A DNA stretch of 59,512 nt from an uncultured Bacilli bacterium (GTDB taxonomy: Bacteria > Bacillota_I > Bacilli_A > RF39 > UBA660). Both the position numbers and the translations under genes were made by a program. The stretch is taken from NCBI GenBank assembly GCA_910586865.1, contig CAJUIY010000003.1, positions 1 to 59,512 on the forward strand, read 5' to 3'. How positions within the stretch are numbered: position 1 is the stretch's first letter; the number at the start of each line of letters is the position of its first letter. Under the pieces are notes generated by a model. That model was not told where the DNA came from, ran no database searches, and saw only the letters and a list, made by a program, of their open reading frames with translations. Positions 45,279 to 54,648 of this stretch are shown here, one piece after another.

Positions 45279-46613
45279 TCATTCTAAATAATAGATATCA
45301 TAATGACGTTCTGTTTTTATATATTTCGTATTATTTATAATATAATTAGCTATTTTTAAATCAAATTGATTGTCAAATTCTGCATGATAATCCTTCTTAT
45401 CTAAAATCACATAACGCTGATGCATTTTTTTAATACTCTCTATCATCTTCTCACTACCATGATAACCGAAATTTCCATAAAAGAAAGCATCATAGTAATC
45501 TATCTTTCTATTACGTGAAATATCATAAAGTCTTTTCTCAGAAGATAGAATTAGAGAATTAGGATACCTATCAAACAGTTTATAATTTTCTAGAGACTCC
45601 TCATAATCTAACTCTCCTTTTAAAGAATACTGAAAGTGATTAAATTCAGAACAAAATGTTGGTTTTAAATAAATGTAAATATTAATTACTGTAATGGCAC
45701 TAAAAAGAAAAGCTGTTACGATAGACAATATCGAATATGATAAGTTCCAATTTTTTATTAAAGGCAAAAGTTGTAGCAGAAAGCATAGAAAATAGATAGA
45801 AAAGTGATGAAAATTAAACAGTGGTACAACAAAAGAGAAACCAGCCAATAAATAATAGTTAGAAATATCCTCTTTATTTTTTATTGTTGTGATAATAGAA
45901 AGAATAAGACAAAGTAAACTAATAAAAGTATAAAAATCAAAAAAATTCCCATTCTTTTCCGTAAAATCAAAGAGGCCCAAGAAACATAAATCGATAAAAG
46001 AATACAAAGAACCTGTAAGAAGCAAATAGAAGAAGAAGATTATGATAGGGATGAAAAATCCAAGCATTCTCTTCTTGATTTTCTCTCTGTTTTTATAGTA
46101 TTTGAGTGTCGGTAAAAGAAATAATAAAATGCCTACGGTATGCTTACTTAGAAATCCAAGTCCCATCACAAAACCAATTAAATAGTCCTTATCTTTCTGT
46201 TTCTTTTCTAGAAAAAGTAAGAAAATCAAAATGAAAAAGGCCATAAAGTTATAAGTGGGTTCTACTCCTAAAAAACCAAAGAGACTAACCCCTACTAATA
46301 ATAAATAACTTTTCTTTCCATATAAAGAATATAAAAAGTAACACATAATGGTAACCAGTAAACTCTGCTCTAAAATGAACATCACATAATTATTAAAAAA
46401 TAACAATCCAATGGACATAAGAAAAGCATAAAGTGGAGTTGAGATGGTATTAAAATCTAAATAAGGAACCTCCCCTCTTGCTATCGCATAACTAAAACAA
46501 TAGTTATTCATTGGATCTCCATAAGCATTTTTAAAATTAAAAAATTCGTAAAAACAAAACGTAAAAATAAAGATTCCTATATATATGCCATACTTTTTTA
46601 AAAACTTCTTCAT
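45279..46613 (-). CDS. polytopic membrane protein, putative GT-C-fold (ArnT/PMT-like) glycosyltransferase (444 aa)
   Basis: About 11 TM helices in the first 320 aa with an acidic motif in the first loop, then a soluble C-terminal domain. This is the general architecture of GT-C enzymes. Confidence 0.45.
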   Translation of the reverse strand: MKKFLKKYGIYIGIFIFTFCFYEFFNFKNAYGDPMNNYCFSYAIARGEVPYLDFNTISTPLYAFLMSIGLLFFNNYVMFILEQSLLVTIMCYFLYSLYGKKSYLLLVGVSLFGFLGVEPTYNFMAFFILIFLLFLEKKQKDKDYLIGFVMGLGFLSKHTVGILLFLLPTLKYYKNREKIKKRMLGFFIPIIIFFFYLLLTGSLYSFIDLCFLGLFDFTEKNGNFFDFYTFISLLCLILSIITTIKNKEDISNYYLLAGFSFVVPLFNFHHFSIYFLCFLLQLLPLIKNWNLSYSILSIVTAFLFSAITVINIYIYLKPTFCSEFNHFQYSLKGELDYEESLENYKLFDRYPNSLILSSEKRLYDISRNRKIDYYDAFFYGNFGYHGSEKMIESIKKMHQRYVILDKKDYHAEFDNQFDLKIANYIINNTKYIKTERHYDIYYLE

Positions 46614-46711
46614 ATTTTCTCTCCTATTTATATATGAAAATGAATCTCCTTAGAAAAAATGTGAATTCTTGTCTAAATTCATTTATATAATAACTTCTTT
46701 TGGTGCTTGCA

Positions 46712-46760
46712 TAGTAAAAATCAAGAGTAATAATGAATTTTCCTCCTTCACTCTTGATTT
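46712..46760 (-). terminator. terminator after the 218-aa ORF
   Basis: 11-bp perfect stem AAATCAAGAGT / ACTCTTGATTT (46718-46728 / 46750-46760), followed by TTTTTAC on the minus strand. The loop is large. Confidence 0.5.
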
Positions 46761-46802
46761 TATATTTTTAAAGTAATACTGGTACCTATCCTATTTCCTT
46801 TT

Positions 46803-47459
46803 TTAAGATTCTAATATGCTACAAGTATAACCAATACTTTCATAATAGGATTGTTGATCACTTATTTTATCTTGAAAATAATTCACTAATTTCATATCAT
46901 CTGCATTATCGGTAATACTTTTCTTATTTATCAAAATATTTATTTTAGAGTCTGTTTCTTTTATATTTATATTATTTAGTGATTTAAAGTAAGCTAGTGC
47001 CTCATTTACTGTTTTAAAAGCACTACTTTCGCTATTTTCAGGAGTCTCTACATCTGAAGTGATTGGTGTCTGTTCTACTCCATTATTACTTTCTCCTATC
47101 GATGGATTTGTTACTTCTGGTATCGTATTAGGAGTATCACTTGGAATTTCAGTAGTACCTCCTTGATTTTCATTAGTTGTATTTTCTTTCTTGTCTTCTG
47201 GTAATTCTTCTATTTTTTGGTAAAGAATTCGATTCGTAGATATCTTTCCATTTATATATTTTGTTGTTGTCGTCTCCTCATATTGTTCTTCTGTAAATGT
47301 TTTACTACATTTTAAGACAGCAATACTATTTTTTTCTTCTTTTTGACTTGTTATCTCTTCTCTTGGAATTAGTTTTCGGAATGTTGGTGGTAATGCAATC
47401 ACAGCTAGTAGTAGTATCATACACAATACTACTAAAATGGGATTTCTTTCTTTCTTCAT
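46803..47459 (-). CDS. membrane-anchored extracytoplasmic protein with T/E/N/P-rich linker (218 aa)
   Basis: N-terminal TM helix, a low-complexity central region, and a small C-terminal domain. No family recognised. Confidence 0.55.
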   Translation of the reverse strand: MKKERNPILVVLCMILLLAVIALPPTFRKLIPREEITSQKEEKNSIAVLKCSKTFTEEQYEETTTTKYINGKISTNRILYQKIEELPEDKKENTTNENQGGTTEIPSDTPNTIPEVTNPSIGESNNGVEQTPITSDVETPENSESSAFKTVNEALAYFKSLNNINIKETDSKINILINKKSITDNADDMKLVNYFQDKISDQQSYYESIGYTCSILES

Positions 47460-47470
47460 ATGCTAAACTC

Positions 47471-48280
47471 CTAAAACAATTCTTCTATTCCATTATTAAT
47501 GTCTTCTTTTTCTTCTTCCTTTTTCTCTACGATATTAGGAGGAGGTAAGACAACCCTATCATTTTCTAATTCTAGTTCCTTTGGTTTTGGATTATTTTCT
47601 TCAAAAAAATTAGAGTTATCTACCGTTTCACTTTTTTGTTCTTTTATTGGTTCTTCTTCAAATTTGTGGTTTCTTCTAAACTCCTCTTTTTCTTCTTTTG
47701 ATACAATCGGAATTTTCAATACTTGTCCTACATTTAGTACATTACTTGCTAGATTATTGACTAATTCTATCTCATCCTCTGTAGTATAATAACGATTTGC
47801 TATCTCATATAACGTATCCCCCTTCTTTACTTTATAAGTAATATAGTCTAAATCCTTCTTTTTGCTTAATACCACTTTTATGAATTTTACGATATACAAA
47901 ATTAAAAAGGCAAGAGGAAATAATGGTAATGCCATTACAATATAATAAAATGTCCTGTTTTCATCCACTAAATGATAAACTACCATAGAGTTTGTTATAG
48001 AGACAGAGAAACCAATCGTAATAGCAAGTAGTCCACCTATCACTACATTTGCTAATAAGCAAGTCCAAAAATTAGTAACATAATTATATCGATTAATATC
48101 TTTTTCTTTGATAGATCCAGAATATATAAAAATAGCAATTCCCATAACTACTACAATAATCAAAACAGGAACAAAAACATATTTTACTAAATCTAGAAAA
48201 AGAGATAAATCAAATCTCATTGTTACATTTTTCATACTATCACCTATTATAAATATAACATAGTTCTCTGTATTTTTCAA
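47471..48280 (-). CDS. LysM-domain membrane protein (269 aa)
   Basis: Four TM helices, then the LysM motif YKVKKGDTLYEIANRYYTTEDEIELVNNLASNVLNVGQVLKIP. Confidence 0.75.
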   Translation of the reverse strand: MKNTENYVIFIIGDSMKNVTMRFDLSLFLDLVKYVFVPVLIIVVVMGIAIFIYSGSIKEKDINRYNYVTNFWTCLLANVVIGGLLAITIGFSVSITNSMVVYHLVDENRTFYYIVMALPLFPLAFLILYIVKFIKVVLSKKKDLDYITYKVKKGDTLYEIANRYYTTEDEIELVNNLASNVLNVGQVLKIPIVSKEEKEEFRRNHKFEEEPIKEQKSETVDNSNFFEENNPKPKELELENDRVVLPPPNIVEKKEEEKEDINNGIEELF

Positions 48281-48308
48281 TCACTTTATCACAAAGAAAA
48301 ACAAAGGT

Positions 48309-49622
48309 TTACTTTTCCTTTGTAATAATTTTTGATGGTAATAAAATTACTTTTGCTCTATTATTAAATTTCATATTAGCGAGAATTTTATCTAGTGTTT
48401 TCTTATTCATCTTTCGTATTAAATCCACTTTATTTGGAATTAACTTCTTATATCGTATCATATCATCAAAAACATTGCTAACTGTGGTATCTACAAAATC
48501 AATCATCTTTACTTCGTTCGCAATCCATACTTTTTTCATTCTTTCTAAATCGTCTTCCTCAATCTTTATATAATCAAGTTCTTTTTGGACTTCTTCGATT
48601 AGTAGTTCTGGGTCTTCTGTTTCTGCATATATTAATAGACTACTATAATTTTTAGTAGAGTCCCATTCGTAATAAAAACTAGACATTAAGTGTTTATTTC
48701 TAACTCTTTCTCTAAATAAAGAAGATGTTCCAAATAGTAAAGCAGCAATCATAGAAAAGTATAAATCTAGTTCTAACTCATCTTTTATATCGAAATCCTC
48801 TTTTAATAATTTATAACCTAAGCCAATTTTAGGAACTTTAATATTAATCGATAGCTCCTCACAGTCTTTATGAACATTTTTTGGTTCTTTCACTTCTTTT
48901 ACTTTTACCTCATCGATTCGATTTTCCTTTTCTCCCAAAGTCTCACTAATAATATCCATGGCATCCTTCTTGTTAAAATTACCAGCAATAATAATAAACA
49001 TATTATTTGGGTTGTAAAAAGTGTTATAACAAGTATATAAATCTTCTTTCGTAATCTGATCAATATCATTGGTAGTTCCAGCAATGTCAATTCGATGTGG
49101 ATCCACCCGATAAAGATTTTCCCTTAATTTATTTTCTAAAAAGGCCTCCGGAATATCATCATACATCTTAATCTCTTCTTTGATAATTCCCTTTTCTTTT
49201 TCTACATTTTCATCTGTAAAGTAAGGTTCATTCACAAAATTAATAAGATATTTTAAATTCTTTTTAAATTCCTTTGTACCATAACAAATATAGCGAGTAC
49301 TAGTAAAGGTAGTAGAAGCATTCCCTCCAGTTCCACTTTCTGAGAAGAAGGAGAAAGGATCCACGCCATCTTCTTGCTCAAACATTTTATGTTCCAAAAA
49401 ATGAGCAATGCCATTCGGAACCGTAGTGAATTTTTTAGATCCTACGGGAACAAAACAATTGGTATCACTACCATATCTAGTAGCATAAGTCATAAAATAA
49501 TTTTTTTTATCCTCATAGGGAATGAAAATAACTTCTAGCCCATTATTTAGTTTTTCTGTAAAACAGGTTTTGTCTAATCCTTTTAATTCGACCGTTTTCA
49601 TTCTTTCACCCCTTCCAAACAA
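48309..49622 (-). CDS. M16-family zinc peptidase, catalytically competent subunit (YmfH-like)
   Basis: Inverted zinc-binding motif HFLEH (HxxEH) is present. Overlaps the partner gene. Confidence 0.85.
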   Translation of the reverse strand: MFGRGERMKTVELKGLDKTCFTEKLNNGLEVIFIPYEDKKNYFMTYATRYGSDTNCFVPVGSKKFTTVPNGIAHFLEHKMFEQEDGVDPFSFFSESGTGGNASTTFTSTRYICYGTKEFKKNLKYLINFVNEPYFTDENVEKEKGIIKEEIKMYDDIPEAFLENKLRENLYRVDPHRIDIAGTTNDIDQITKEDLYTCYNTFYNPNNMFIIIAGNFNKKDAMDIISETLGEKENRIDEVKVKEVKEPKNVHKDCEELSINIKVPKIGLGYKLLKEDFDIKDELELDLYFSMIAALLFGTSSLFRERVRNKHLMSSFYYEWDSTKNYSSLLIYAETEDPELLIEEVQKELDYIKIEEDDLERMKKVWIANEVKMIDFVDTTVSNVFDDMIRYKKLIPNKVDLIRKMNKKTLDKILANMKFNNRAKVILLPSKIITKEK

Positions 49623-50860
49623 TAAGCAGTATCTAACTTTATCTTTTTAGCAACTTTTATAATATCATTACTAGTTACTTCCATCATTTTTTCCACTCTT
49701 GTTTCCATATCATCTAACCCAACAAGGTCCATCATATAATAGCTTTCTATAATGCTAGATTGACTTTCTAAAATACTATCCATTGCCGTTTGAAAATATT
49801 CTTTTGCAATCGTTAAATCTTTATCACTAAATTTTCCTTTTTTCATTAAGTTCATTTGACTTTGGATTAATGAAACGGTCTTCTTAATATTTTTCTTATC
49901 AATTCCTGCCCGTATTACTAATATGTTATCTAACTTATTAGGTACTGAATTTATCGTATAACATAAAGAGTGTTTTTCCCTGACTTCTCGAAACAGTTTA
50001 GAATCCGGACCAGAACCCAAGATGACATTATATAGTGTGAGTGGATAGTCTCGCTCATATTTAGTTAAATTACATAATCTTGCACCAATTGCTAGCTTAG
50101 ACTGATTGTTTACTTCTTGCTCCATCACGGTTCTGATATGTTTTCTTGGCTTTTTTTCTTCTAAGTAATATCCTAGTTTTTGTTTTTTAAACGTTTTGGT
50201 TCGGAAAATACTTTTTATCATTTCTTCTGTCTCATGAAAGTCAATATCACCAATGACAAAAATATCCATCAAATCCTTATTTATCATATTTTTATAATAC
50301 TGATATAAATTTTTACTATCAATCGCATCTAAATCTTCTATATAGCCTGCCATTCTACAAGATAATGGTCCTTCCTCTTCCATATTTTCATAAAGACGAA
50401 GTAAACTATAATAACTAGCATCTTCTTTCAAACTCTCTAAAGAAGTTTTCGCATTTCTTTTTACAATTTCTAATTGTTCCTCATTAAAATGATTTCCATC
50501 AACATTAGGGTCATAGACTACATCATATAAAAAGTCTAATGCACTTTTAAAATTCCCCTCTTCTGTATATTTATCATGAAGAACCGTTAGTAAAATATCC
50601 GTATTGATATAATTCCCAATCCTAGAATTACTACTTGAAATGGTTGCTGCATATAAGTCTTGTCCTTTAATAATCAAGTCTCTTTTCGTCTGATATTTTT
50701 TGGTCGATAATGTTAACAAACTACATAAAACATTTCGTAGTGTAATTTCTTCTTTAACAATAGGACTTCGGAATGACACCCTTATTTTTATGGTTTTAAA
50801 ATTCGTTGTTTTAATTAAATGTAATTTATAAGCTCCTAAATCTTTTTTTACGTATTTCAT
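49598..50860 (-). CDS. M16-family peptidase-like protein, non-catalytic partner (YmfF-like)
   Basis: Same fold-length and layout but no HxxEH motif. Paired with and overlapping the active subunit. Confidence 0.8.
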   Translation of the reverse strand: MKYVKKDLGAYKLHLIKTTNFKTIKIRVSFRSPIVKEEITLRNVLCSLLTLSTKKYQTKRDLIIKGQDLYAATISSSNSRIGNYINTDILLTVLHDKYTEEGNFKSALDFLYDVVYDPNVDGNHFNEEQLEIVKRNAKTSLESLKEDASYYSLLRLYENMEEEGPLSCRMAGYIEDLDAIDSKNLYQYYKNMINKDLMDIFVIGDIDFHETEEMIKSIFRTKTFKKQKLGYYLEEKKPRKHIRTVMEQEVNNQSKLAIGARLCNLTKYERDYPLTLYNVILGSGPDSKLFREVREKHSLCYTINSVPNKLDNILVIRAGIDKKNIKKTVSLIQSQMNLMKKGKFSDKDLTIAKEYFQTAMDSILESQSSIIESYYMMDLVGLDDMETRVEKMMEVTSNDIIKVAKKIKLDTAYCLEGVKE

Positions 50861-50897
50861 AATTCACCTCTTTTTTATTATGTATAGTTTTTTTTAT

Positions 50898-51641
50898 TTA
50901 ATACTTTAATATAATAGCATCTAATGCTATTTTTATCATATCATTTAGACTATTTTGACGATCTTCACTACTAACTGCTAACTCCTTTTTACCAATAATA
51001 TCCACAATACTCATTAATGCAGATGCCCTTTTTCCTAATTTTTTCGCAAGATAGAAAAGTCCAAAGGCTTCCATTTCTAGTCCCAAATAAGAAATATCTT
51101 CTGGATAATTTTTAATATAACGTGAAAAATCAATATAAGGATCAAAAATATCACTAGTAATAATCGGACCTATTTGCAAATCGTAACTGTTTTCTTTGGC
51201 TGCTATTATTATTTTTTCGTTTAATTCTTTACTAGACTCGATAGAATTCATATTATCACCATCAAAAGCTTTTGGAAACGTAGATAAGCTATAAGCTTCA
51301 CTAGCTAAAATAACATCTAATACCTTTCTATCTTGATTGGCAGAACCACAAGTACCAATTCGAATGATTTCCTCTACATCATAAAAATGGTATAATTCAT
51401 AAGCATAAATACCAACACTAGGAATTCCCATGCCAGATGGAAATACGGTGATTTTCTCTCCTTTATAATATCCAGTATAAGCTGTCATATTTCGAACATT
51501 ATTTACAACTTTTACTTCTTCTAAAAAATGATCCGCAATATATTTGGCACGAAGAGGATCTCCTGGCATTAATACTTTGCTAGCAATATCGCCCTTTTCT
51601 GCTTCAATGTGCGTTGTCGACATATTTCTACCTTCTTTCAT
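50898..51641 (-). CDS. deoD: purine nucleoside phosphorylase, DeoD type
   Basis: MSTTHIEAEKGDIASKVLMPGDPLRAKYIA is nearly identical in pattern to the DeoD N-terminus. The likely true start is ATG at 51623, preceded by AAGAAGG. Confidence 0.9.
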   Translation of the reverse strand: MKEGRNMSTTHIEAEKGDIASKVLMPGDPLRAKYIADHFLEEVKVVNNVRNMTAYTGYYKGEKITVFPSGMGIPSVGIYAYELYHFYDVEEIIRIGTCGSANQDRKVLDVILASEAYSLSTFPKAFDGDNMNSIESSKELNEKIIIAAKENSYDLQIGPIITSDIFDPYIDFSRYIKNYPEDISYLGLEMEAFGLFYLAKKLGKRASALMSIVDIIGKKELAVSSEDRQNSLNDMIKIALDAIILKY

Positions 51642-51714
51642 ATTTATTATAGCAAATTTATTCTATTTATCCAAGCATTTTTCAAAAAGAAAGAAGTCAT
51701 AAACATGGCTTCCT

Positions 51715-54045
51715 TTACTCTTCACTATGATCTAATTGAATTAATACTTCTCTTGGTTTCGAACCGTTCGCAGGTCCTATAATTCCACGTTCTTCTAACA
51801 AATCAATAATTCTAGCGGCTCTATTATAACCAAGTTTAAATCTTCTTTGAAGAAGAGAGGCACTCGCTTTTTGGCTACTAACCACAAACTCTACAATTTC
51901 ATTATACAAAGGATCGTCTTTGTCTTCTACTACGGCACCATCAGAAGATGCAGGTGCACTATCCGATGTCTCTTCTACATCCAACTTCATCATATCATCA
52001 TCATACTGTACTTCTTGTTGTTCACTTACATAGTTAATGATTCTTCCAATTTCCTCATCTGTAATAAAAGAGCCTTGAATTCGAAGCGGTGAATTCATTC
52101 CGATTGGTAAAAACAACATATCTCCTTTTCCTAGTAATTGTTCTGCTCCAGTTTGATCAAGTATGGTCCTAGAGTCGATTCCGGAACCAACAGAGAAAGC
52201 AATACGTGATGGAATATTCGCCTTAATTAATCCTGTGATAACTTCGGTAGATGGTCTTTGAGTTGCCACAATTAAATGCATTCCTGCGGCACGAGCTTTT
52301 TGGGTAATTCTTAATATGGAATCTTCTACCTCTTTCGCAGCAACCATCATCAAATCAGCAAGCTCGTCGATAATAATGACAATATAGGGCATCTTTTCTT
52401 TTTTTAGTTCTTCGTCTGTTATTTTTGCATTTTCTTTTTCCACATAAGCATTATATCCTTCGATATTTTTCGTTTTCGAATCACTAAATACGCTATATCT
52501 TCTCTCCATCTCATCGACCATTTTCTTAAGGGCAATGGCTGCTTGCTTTGGATCGGTAACAACAGGTCTTAACAAGTGAGGAATTCCATTATAAACAGAT
52601 AATTCAACAACCTTAGGATCCACCATAATAAGTTTTACTTCATCTGGTTTCGCACGCATCAAAATAGAGCAAATAATTCCATTAACACAAACAGACTTAC
52701 CAGAACCAGTCGTACCGGCGATTAATAAATGTGGCATTTTATTGACTTCACAGACACCAATATCCCCCATTATGCTTTTTCCAAGTGGAACCATTAATTT
52801 TTTATCCATCGCTCCTTGCATTTTTCTACTATTAATTATTTCATAGAAACTAACAGGTGTCGGAGTATCATTCGCAAATTCAATACCTACTGTATTCTTA
52901 CCTGGAATAGGAGCTTCAATTCGAACATCTTTCTTGGCAAGAGCTAATGATATTTCACGATTGATACTTGTTATTTTATTCACTCTAGTACCACTAGCAA
53001 TCTCTAATTCATATTGAACAACCGAAGGACCAATGTGAACTTCTACTACTTTACCAATTATTTTAAAATCTTTTAATACATTTTCTAAAACGGTTATATT
53101 TTTCTCAATAATACTTTGATCTGTTCCCTTTGCTTTCTTTTTAGGTTTATCTAATAAATTAATACTAGGTAATTTATATTCTTTATTAGTTACTACTCTA
53201 GTAGGTTTTACTTTTTCTTTATCAGTAGTATCTGTGCCAACTAATTCTTCTTTATCCTCTTCCTTTGTTTCTACCTTAGTAAGTTCATCAATACTTGATA
53301 TTTTAATACGTTTTTCTTCTTTTACTGGTTCTTCTTCATTACCATCATTAATAATAACACCTTTTGTACTAACTTCTTCTTTTTTCTTCTCCTCTTTTTC
53401 CTTCTTTTCCCTTGGTTCTCTATTTTTTACTTTTTCCTTCATAATATCCACTAAAGCAAATCCAGCGAATAAGAAAAATCCTAAACCAAGAAGAGTCCAT
53501 GCTACTATCTGCATTCCGATATAGGAAAATAATTTACTAAAAATAATAGCAAATACTCCTCCAATAATGCCTCCTCCAACCGCAAACATATCAGACAAAG
53601 TTCCAGTTGACATAACACTATGAAAAGCAGTTACTAACTGATTAATCGTTTCTTTAAAGATTAGCATCATATTTCCATTGTTACTAGCAACAAATTCTCG
53701 GTGCATTAAAATTAAAAAACCTAAAGTAAAAATATAGATACCAACTAATTTAGTCGTAAAAAAATCAGGATATTTTCTTTCAATTACTAAATAGCCTCCT
53801 ATGATTAAAAGAGATAACAAGAAAATCATAGAAATAGATCCAAATAGAAAGACAGCAAACGAAGTAATAAATCTTCCTACTGGTCCATATTTTCCCATTC
53901 CTAAAATAGCACAAAGTATTAGTAATACTCCATACAATTCTTCCATATGATCAAAACTTTTTTTGACTTCTTTTTTCTTTTTCTTCTTTGCCATATTGAT
54001 ACTCCTCACTAAACTTCTTATTTTATATGATAAAATTTCTTTCAA
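51715..54045 (-). CDS. ftsK: DNA translocase FtsK/SpoIIIE
   Basis: N-terminal TM domain, acidic linker, motor domain (GTTGSGKSV, IIIDELADLMM) and the C-terminal gamma winged helix (LLQRRFKLGYNRAARIID). The likely start is the internal Met at 53994. Confidence 0.95.
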   Translation of the reverse strand: MKEILSYKIRSLVRSINMAKKKKKKEVKKSFDHMEELYGVLLILCAILGMGKYGPVGRFITSFAVFLFGSISMIFLLSLLIIGGYLVIERKYPDFFTTKLVGIYIFTLGFLILMHREFVASNNGNMMLIFKETINQLVTAFHSVMSTGTLSDMFAVGGGIIGGVFAIIFSKLFSYIGMQIVAWTLLGLGFFLFAGFALVDIMKEKVKNREPREKKEKEEKKKEEVSTKGVIINDGNEEEPVKEEKRIKISSIDELTKVETKEEDKEELVGTDTTDKEKVKPTRVVTNKEYKLPSINLLDKPKKKAKGTDQSIIEKNITVLENVLKDFKIIGKVVEVHIGPSVVQYELEIASGTRVNKITSINREISLALAKKDVRIEAPIPGKNTVGIEFANDTPTPVSFYEIINSRKMQGAMDKKLMVPLGKSIMGDIGVCEVNKMPHLLIAGTTGSGKSVCVNGIICSILMRAKPDEVKLIMVDPKVVELSVYNGIPHLLRPVVTDPKQAAIALKKMVDEMERRYSVFSDSKTKNIEGYNAYVEKENAKITDEELKKEKMPYIVIIIDELADLMMVAAKEVEDSILRITQKARAAGMHLIVATQRPSTEVITGLIKANIPSRIAFSVGSGIDSRTILDQTGAEQLLGKGDMLFLPIGMNSPLRIQGSFITDEEIGRIINYVSEQQEVQYDDDMMKLDVEETSDSAPASSDGAVVEDKDDPLYNEIVEFVVSSQKASASLLQRRFKLGYNRAARIIDLLEERGIIGPANGSKPREVLIQLDHSEE

Positions 54046-54063
54046 TTAATAATATTTAGATAA

Positions 54064-54516
54064 CTATTCTTTTTCATGTAAATTTAAAAAACAGACTACT
54101 AATTCTTGAAAACTATCAAATTCCTTTAAATGATCTAGTGTTCCATTTGTCATGATAACATATTTCTTTGTAGCTTTTATATAACCTATATAATCTAAAC
54201 TTGACTTTCCTAGAAGCAGATAATCACCTATATCTGTTCCTTCCTGAAAATTAGTGTTTATAGTAATAAAATCTAAAGAAGCATATCTTGGGAAATTTTT
54301 TTCGATATCTTCATTAAAACAACAAAAAATACTATGACCATCATAGGAAAATCCATTTATTTCGTGAAGAAAGTCCTCATATTCTAGTGGTAGAAAACAC
54401 CCAAAGTGCTCCTTGCAATAATTGGATACCTCTTGCGTAACAATAGAAGAAAGGCCTAATGGTTGAGCTCTGTTTTCACAGTATGACATCATTTTGTTCA
54501 ACAATTCTTTTTTCAT
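54064..54516 (-). CDS. SMI1/KNR4 (SUKH)-like small protein (150 aa)
   Basis: The pattern LPLEYEDFLHEINGFSYDGHSIF...YLLLGKS...Y resembles SUKH-superfamily (YrhA-like) proteins. Confidence 0.45.
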   Translation of the reverse strand: MKKELLNKMMSYCENRAQPLGLSSIVTQEVSNYCKEHFGCFLPLEYEDFLHEINGFSYDGHSIFCCFNEDIEKNFPRYASLDFITINTNFQEGTDIGDYLLLGKSSLDYIGYIKATKKYVIMTNGTLDHLKEFDSFQELVVCFLNLHEKE

Positions 54517-54648
54517 TTTCTCCCTCCAAAAAACATAAATTCATTTCTATATTCTTCCTAAATAATAGCCTATAAGAATTATATCAACTTTTATATTTTA
54601 AGACAAGAAAAGAGAATCATTTGACATCTTAATTGACGAAATAATTCT

